From IMG/VR virus record IMGVR_UViG_3300032292_000152, positions 1 through 37,746 of that record: 37,746 nucleotides of DNA, one strand, 5' to 3'. Position numbers and translations under genes: made by a program. Source of the DNA: a virus. Its lineage: Duplodnaviria; Caudoviricetes. The notes below the pieces were generated by a model. It saw only the letters and a list, made by a program, of their open reading frames with translations. It made no database searches and was not told the origin of the DNA. Of this stretch, positions 33,606 to 37,746 are shown piece by piece; the first letter of the stretch is position 1, and each line of letters starts with the position of its first letter.

Positions 33606-33637
33606 AATCCCTCTCCTTCACCGGAGGGGGATTTTTT
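33606..33637 (+). terminator. Intrinsic terminator (T-tract on plus strand)
   Basis: AATCCCTCTCC-TTCACC-GGAGGGGGATT-TTTT. Confidence 0.75.
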
Positions 33638-33678
33638 GTGTCTCATGGTTTAGCCAAAAAATAGCCCAATTGTTCAAT

Positions 33679-33900
33679 TTATGGCTCGTTCCAGATTACG
33701 ACCGTCGTGGCGTTGATGCGGGTGACAGAGAACGGCTTGACGGGAATTTCGGGCATAATTCCCGTCGGCACTACCTTTATGACACGATCCGGTGCCCTAT
33801 CTGGACGCTCCTCATCAATTGCGTATCCGAACAGGTCTAGGGAAGGCCCGCCAGATGCCATTGCGTTCGATTTGCGGGCATTTGACGACGAGGACGACAT
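33679..33900 (-). CDS. Hypothetical protein divergent from the replication arm (start uncertain: 34005, 33900 or 33861)
   Basis: Coding is supported by the synonymous-biased divergence from its duplicated 3' end. Confidence 0.65.
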   Translation of the reverse strand: MSSSSSNARKSNAMASGGPSLDLFGYAIDEERPDRAPDRVIKVVPTGIMPEIPVKPFSVTRINATTVVIWNEP

Positions 33901-34114
33901 TGGGGCTGGGAATGGGCCTTTAAGCAGGCGAGCGGTCAAGCGGTGTTTTTCATCTTGCGCGACTGCATCTGCTACTATTCTCGATGTTAGTGGCAAGTGC
34001 CACATGCCGTCGATTGAAACCGACGCAACCGATAGGATTCATTTCCACGCCTGCATGGAGGGTTCCCCAAAGGGGTTCCGCGTTTCAACTCCATGCAGGG
34101 CGTGGTCCTCCTCA

Positions 34115-34642
34115 ATGAAAGCCAATGCAGACAAGCCATACATCCCAGCGTGGATGTTTGAGCAAAACCTCAATCCAATTCATCTACTGGTGCTCATATA
34201 CCTATGGCGCAGAAGGAATTGGGACACTGGGCAATGCAATCCATCCATGACTACTATTGCAAATGATGTGCGAATTAGTCGCAGGACGGCAATTAACTCA
34301 ATAAATGAGTTGGCTAAAAGGGGACTGCTATCGAGGAAGTCTGGGCATACCGGGATTAGCAATAGCTACGTCTTAGAAACACCTAGTGCACCTAATGCAC
34401 TAGTGCAGCTAGTGCACCAACCAGTGCAATCTACGACACCAACTAGTGCACCAGATGCACTCCAAGGTACATATAAGTTAACTAATAAAGTTACTTGGGG
34501 TGCATTAGATGCACTACCTCCAACTGAAAAACAACCACCAAACTGGGAGAGACGGCGGGATGTGGCATTTTCCGGTAAACGCTGGTATCAACTCACCCCG
34601 CAACAACAGGAACAGGAGTGGAGTCTTTATTCCTCCCAATGA
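34115..34642 (+). CDS. Replication initiator protein with N-terminal winged HTH (lambda O-like organisation)
   Basis: LLVLIYL...CNPSMTTIANDVRISRRTAINSINELAKRGLL...NSY, then a low-complexity linker encoded by iteron-like repeats. Start placed at ATG 34115. Confidence 0.82.
   Translation: MKANADKPYIPAWMFEQNLNPIHLLVLIYLWRRRNWDTGQCNPSMTTIANDVRISRRTAINSINELAKRGLLSRKSGHTGISNSYVLETPSAPNALVQLVHQPVQSTTPTSAPDALQGTYKLTNKVTWGALDALPPTEKQPPNWERRRDVAFSGKRWYQLTPQQQEQEWSLYSSQ
34383..34496. repeat. Putative replication origin: CTAGTGCA iterons plus AT-rich tract
   Basis: CTAGTGCA at 34383, 34400, 34409 and 34443; CCAGTGCA at 34421; AT-rich run at 34471-34496. Confidence 0.7.
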
Positions 34643-35358
34643 CCATCCAAGACCTCGTTCGATTTCACGGAATATCAGCGGCACCGGAGGCGGTGATTCA
34701 CGCCTGCAGCAAGGTTAACAGCAAATTGCTCAGTGAGAGACTCAAAGAACTTCCATACCGGGACTTTCTCCAGACAACCTACTGGTGGGGAGTTAGCCAA
34801 ATGGCCAAGAGGAGGGCGAAAATGCGCTGCCAACTATGCAACGGAGGCGGAACGCTTAACGCTCACCACAGAAACTATGAGATTCGCGGCAAGGAATGGA
34901 AGAACCCAGTGGAAATCACCGTGCTATGCGCCCACTGCCACACCTACTTTCACGGCAAAACCAAGGTGGTTCCAATTATCTCAAACGCTCCGGTTTTGAA
35001 TGAGAAAACCATAACGAAGGAGTTCAAGAAGGATAGCGTGGAGTGTTTAAGCAGGCTGACTGATACTGATTGCGCCGCTCTAATGCCAATCGGCGACCCA
35101 ATCACGTTGACCAAGCAAACGATCGACAATTTGCGCACACGCGGAGCATTCGTTAGCGGAGTTTGCGCCTTGCTATGCCCAAACGGACTGAAAATGGCTG
35201 GTGCTGGTTGGGTCAAAAGACTTTACGGCAAGAAAGTGTCGCGTGAGAGCTACGAGCAGGCATTGAGAAGCAAAATACTTTTTGAGAAGATGAATCCCGT
35301 ATCAAAGAAAGCCGCTTCGCTAATTGCCGCAAACGGCCTTAAGGGAGTGATTTACTGA
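34639..35358 (+). CDS. HNH endonuclease-domain protein
   Basis: YRDFLQTTYW...RCQLC...LNAHHRNY...VLCAHCH..FH. ATGA overlap with the initiator stop. Confidence 0.8.
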   Translation: MTIQDLVRFHGISAAPEAVIHACSKVNSKLLSERLKELPYRDFLQTTYWWGVSQMAKRRAKMRCQLCNGGGTLNAHHRNYEIRGKEWKNPVEITVLCAHCHTYFHGKTKVVPIISNAPVLNEKTITKEFKKDSVECLSRLTDTDCAALMPIGDPITLTKQTIDNLRTRGAFVSGVCALLCPNGLKMAGAGWVKRLYGKKVSRESYEQALRSKILFEKMNPVSKKAASLIAANGLKGVIY

Positions 35359-35452
35359 TGCCCCGAAAAAAGCTGAAGAAAAAGATTGATGCTTAAGCGA
35401 CTATCTGAATGCTGGCAGCAGATAGGGACAGGAAACCAAACTAAACCAAAAC

Positions 35453-35674
35453 ATGAAAACAAAGCTGGATCAGATCAATAAATTCGCCTCTTGGACTACG
35501 GTTAAGGGGCTTTCGGAAGCGGATGCAAAAGCATCCCTCATGGAGATGAGCGACGTTGCCGGAAGTTTAGCTTACTGGCTGCATATCGCAGAAATCAGGC
35601 ACCAGTTCACGGATGGAGAGAGACATCTCCAGCGTTTCGCTGAATCCATTAGCAAACTGGAGGGCACCAAATGA
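35453..35674 (+). CDS. Hypothetical protein
   Basis: A/C-rich leader (aaaccaaaac ATG); first gene of an operon. Confidence 0.75.
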   Translation: MKTKLDQINKFASWTTVKGLSEADAKASLMEMSDVAGSLAYWLHIAEIRHQFTDGERHLQRFAESISKLEGTK

Positions 35675-35856
35675 GTCTCGAACTCGAACTCGCCGCCGAG
35701 CGCGAGAAGGTGCGGCTGCTCACCAACGCCTGCGAATCCATTTGCGACGAATGGGGCCGCAATCACGACGCAAATCCAATTGGAGCAGGACAAAAGATGT
35801 CCACGATGGCTGGAAAGGCTTTAGAAAAAGCAGAACAAGACCAAGGAAACAGTTGA
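35671..35856 (+). CDS. Hypothetical protein
   Basis: ATGA overlap; coiled motif LAAEREKVRLL. Confidence 0.7.
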   Translation: MSLELELAAEREKVRLLTNACESICDEWGRNHDANPIGAGQKMSTMAGKALEKAEQDQGNS

Positions 35857-35878
35857 ACAATCCAAGGAAATCTGAATT

Positions 35879-36196
35879 ATGAATACGATGACAAAATCCA
35901 CGATAGAAATCACAGATAACGGAAACGGGTCAATCACCGCTTCCTGCAAATTCACGCCAGAGGCTAGTCCGCTGGCTCCAGTTACCAACGACCAGATTGC
36001 CGCCGCCGTGGCATTCCAAGCGGTCCAAGATTGGTCTCGGGGAGGCTCTGATCCTCTCCGCCTGCACAACCGGATGGAAGAGGCATTGTCCTGCATCAAA
36101 GAGCTTCTGGCTCGCTTCCCGGCACCAGACTGCCCTGAGCAGGAAGCTGCCGTTAAAGCGGCTACAATCATCCTCAACCGAGAGGAGGCAGTATGA
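35879..36196 (+). CDS. Hypothetical protein
   Basis: Operonic; ATGA overlap with the next gene. Confidence 0.7.
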   Translation: MNTMTKSTIEITDNGNGSITASCKFTPEASPLAPVTNDQIAAAVAFQAVQDWSRGGSDPLRLHNRMEEALSCIKELLARFPAPDCPEQEAAVKAATIILNREEAV

Positions 36197-36474
36197 TTAA
36201 CATCTCCTCCACGATGCAGTCCGTCCGCTTTCTCTTTGAGAAGCATCTTAAGAAGATCGACTTCTCAATCCCGGCTACGAAGCTGAAGAAAGAAGCTGAC
36301 TACACCTATAAAGCAAAAGTCACGGACGAGGTTGCGCTCAAAGTTAAACAGGGACTCGATCAGGGCAAGATGCTCATCGAGGTCGCCGTCGAAAACAACA
36401 TCTCAGTCACGACAGCACATAAAATCAAACACGGCATGGGCCGTTTCGGTAAGTTCTACCAAAACCAAAAATGA
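36193..36474 (+). CDS. Putative HTH DNA-binding protein
   Basis: C-terminal GKMLIEVAVENNISVTTAHKIKHG is HTH-like. Confidence 0.6.
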   Translation: MINISSTMQSVRFLFEKHLKKIDFSIPATKLKKEADYTYKAKVTDEVALKVKQGLDQGKMLIEVAVENNISVTTAHKIKHGMGRFGKFYQNQK

Positions 36475-37013
36475 AAACATCAGACACGCTAGGGAAGATT
36501 GCGCCAGCCCTGCTGGCTGCACAGAAAGCAGTGGGAAACGCCAAAAAGCAGGCGACCAATCCGCACTACAAGTCCAAGTACGCCAATCTGGAAGCTGTCA
36601 TTGAGGCAGTGAAGGATGCGCTGAATGAAAACGGTATTGCCATCATCCAGACGGTGGGTGAGGTCGGTGCCGGGACCATCTGCGTAGGCACTCGCCTGCT
36701 GCACGAGAGCGGGGAATACATCGAGGACATGGCCTCTGCCCCGTTGTCGAAGCAGGATGCTCAGGGCGTAGGCTCTGCCGTCACCTATCTGCGCCGCTAT
36801 TCCCTCGCCGCCATCTGCTCCATCACGCAGGAGGACGACGACGGGGAATCCGCGAAAGACGGTGCAATTAGCAAAGCGCAACTCGTTGCCATCCAGACCA
36901 ACGCAGAGAAAAACAAGGACATGATCGAAAAAGCCTTGAGCTACTTCAAGGTTTCTGATCCAACTAAGCTCAGTCAGTCACAAGCCACCATCATCATCAA
37001 CAAACTAAACTAA
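36471..37013 (+). CDS. erf: ERF-family single-strand annealing recombinase
   Basis: NPHYKSKYANL, LLHESGEYIE, QGVGSAVTYLRRYSL...EDDDG. Confidence 0.93.
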   Translation: MKTSDTLGKIAPALLAAQKAVGNAKKQATNPHYKSKYANLEAVIEAVKDALNENGIAIIQTVGEVGAGTICVGTRLLHESGEYIEDMASAPLSKQDAQGVGSAVTYLRRYSLAAICSITQEDDDGESAKDGAISKAQLVAIQTNAEKNKDMIEKALSYFKVSDPTKLSQSQATIIINKLN

Positions 37014-37285
37014 TGATCACAGTAAAAATCGACGTTACTAAAATTGACAAAGCATTGCTCTTCAAAGGGGCCAAGGGCACCTACCTCGACGTAGTGCTTT
37101 TTGAAACGCCAGACGACAAGTTTGGCAACGACTACCGAGTCGTGCAGGGAGTGACCAAGGAAGCTCGCGCCGCTGGCGTTAAGGGCGCAATCCTCGGCAA
37201 CGGCAAGGTGATTGGCGGCAACGCCAAGCCTGCCTTCAACAAGGCGGAACCTAAGGCGGTTGCCAGCGAAGACGTGCCCTTCTGA
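37013..37285 (+). CDS. Probable single-stranded DNA-binding protein
   Basis: Follows ERF. IDVTKIDK...G.KG.YL...AILGNGK and an acidic-aromatic C-terminal tail EDVPF typical of SSBs. Confidence 0.65.
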   Translation: MITVKIDVTKIDKALLFKGAKGTYLDVVLFETPDDKFGNDYRVVQGVTKEARAAGVKGAILGNGKVIGGNAKPAFNKAEPKAVASEDVPF

Positions 37286-37347
37286 TTCGGCTAGAGAAAG
37301 TGAGGGCGGCACTATATCCGCCCATTATTTCAGCAAACATAACATAA

Positions 37348-37446
37348 ATGAAACACATACAAAATGAACTCCTCATCGCCATCTTCATGTTCGCAGTCGG
37401 AATCGTTGCAGTCGCGGTTATTGTCGCAACTAGCCGAAGCTATTAG
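37348..37446 (+). CDS. Small membrane peptide (32 aa, not in the ORF track), overlapping the next ORF
   Basis: MKHIQNELLIAIFMFAVGIVAVAVIVATSRSY*. A-rich leader. Confidence 0.55.
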   Translation: MKHIQNELLIAIFMFAVGIVAVAVIVATSRSY

Positions 37447-37618
37447 GGAGCGCAATCGCGCTGATTGCCTCATCTCGGAACTCCGGTTCCTCGCATCTAT
37501 GATGAAGCACGACGGCTTGCTTCACACGAACATTCAAATCATCTCAGAAAAGGCAGACGCGCATATGAAGCGTCGCTGGAGCCAAATCGAGATGGATGAA
37601 CTGACTAAGCAGAAATGA
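37364..37618 (+). CDS. Hypothetical protein
   Basis: Coiled motif LAEAIRERNRAD; ATGA coupling to the junction-spanning ORF. Confidence 0.6.
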   Translation: MNSSSPSSCSQSESLQSRLLSQLAEAIRERNRADCLISELRFLASMMKHDGLLHTNIQIISEKADAHMKRRWSQIEMDELTKQK

Positions 37619-37746
37619 ACGGCAAAGGAGACAGTCCACGCAATTTAGGCCCGAAATATCGGGAAAACTACGACAGCATATTCAGAAAGAAAAACACACA
37701 TGAGCCACTGGTACACGAAAAACGGAAAAGCAATGCACAAGGTTCC
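37615..37746 (+). CDS. Small ORF spanning the circular junction (ends at position 231; 79 aa)
   Basis: MNGKGDSPRNLGPKYRENYDSIFRKK..., resembling the GKGxxPR...NYDxIF micro-protein motif I recall from other phages. Confidence 0.55.
   Translation, partial: MNGKGDSPRNLGPKYRENYDSIFRKKNTHEPLVHEKRKSNAQGS
37624..37746. repeat. Terminal direct repeat, copy 2
   Basis: Identical to 1-123. Confidence 0.97.

Noticed and set aside
33527-33750. Diversity-generating retroelement TR/VR pair
   Set aside because: Mismatches are not confined to adenines and are mainly synonymous, and no reverse transcriptase is encoded.
33707-34114. 136-aa N-terminal extension of the initiator ORF
   Set aside because: It is antisense to the supported minus-strand gene and runs through the hairpin leader. 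The HTH domain begins after ATG 34115.

Overview
The window is an apparently complete, circularly assembled 37,623-bp tailed-phage genome; bases 1-123 recur exactly at 37624-37746. The architecture is podovirus-like. A plus-strand early/replication arm (34.1 kb through the junction to 5.1 kb) encodes an HTH replication initiator with internal iterons, an ERF recombinase, a probable SSB, a PD-(D/E)XK exonuclease, DnaB, HNH nucleases, a metallophosphoesterase and an atypical tRNA-like element. A minus-strand morphogenesis arm (29.7 to 5.1 kb) encodes TerS, TerL, portal, scaffold, major capsid, adaptor, nozzle, three fibre-like proteins, holin-like proteins and three probable ejection proteins. 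I recognised no integrase, repressor, ParA/ParB, DNA or RNA polymerase, or endolysin. Many start codons follow A/C-rich leaders with no Shine-Dalgarno sequence, which weakly suggests a Verrucomicrobiota- or Bacteroidota-type host (inference). The most unusual part is 29.7-33.7 kb. It holds a self-contained minus-strand cassette (small ORF, amidoligase, class II glutamine amidotransferase, small membrane peptide, terminator) with two perfect chromosomal-type parS palindromes (TGTTCCACGTGGAACA) and a Fur-box-like operator at its 5' end. A second, near-identical Fur-like box sits directly upstream of terS. The phage appears to carry docking sites for host DNA-binding proteins it does not encode. 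All protein calls come from motif recognition by eye; no database searches were run.
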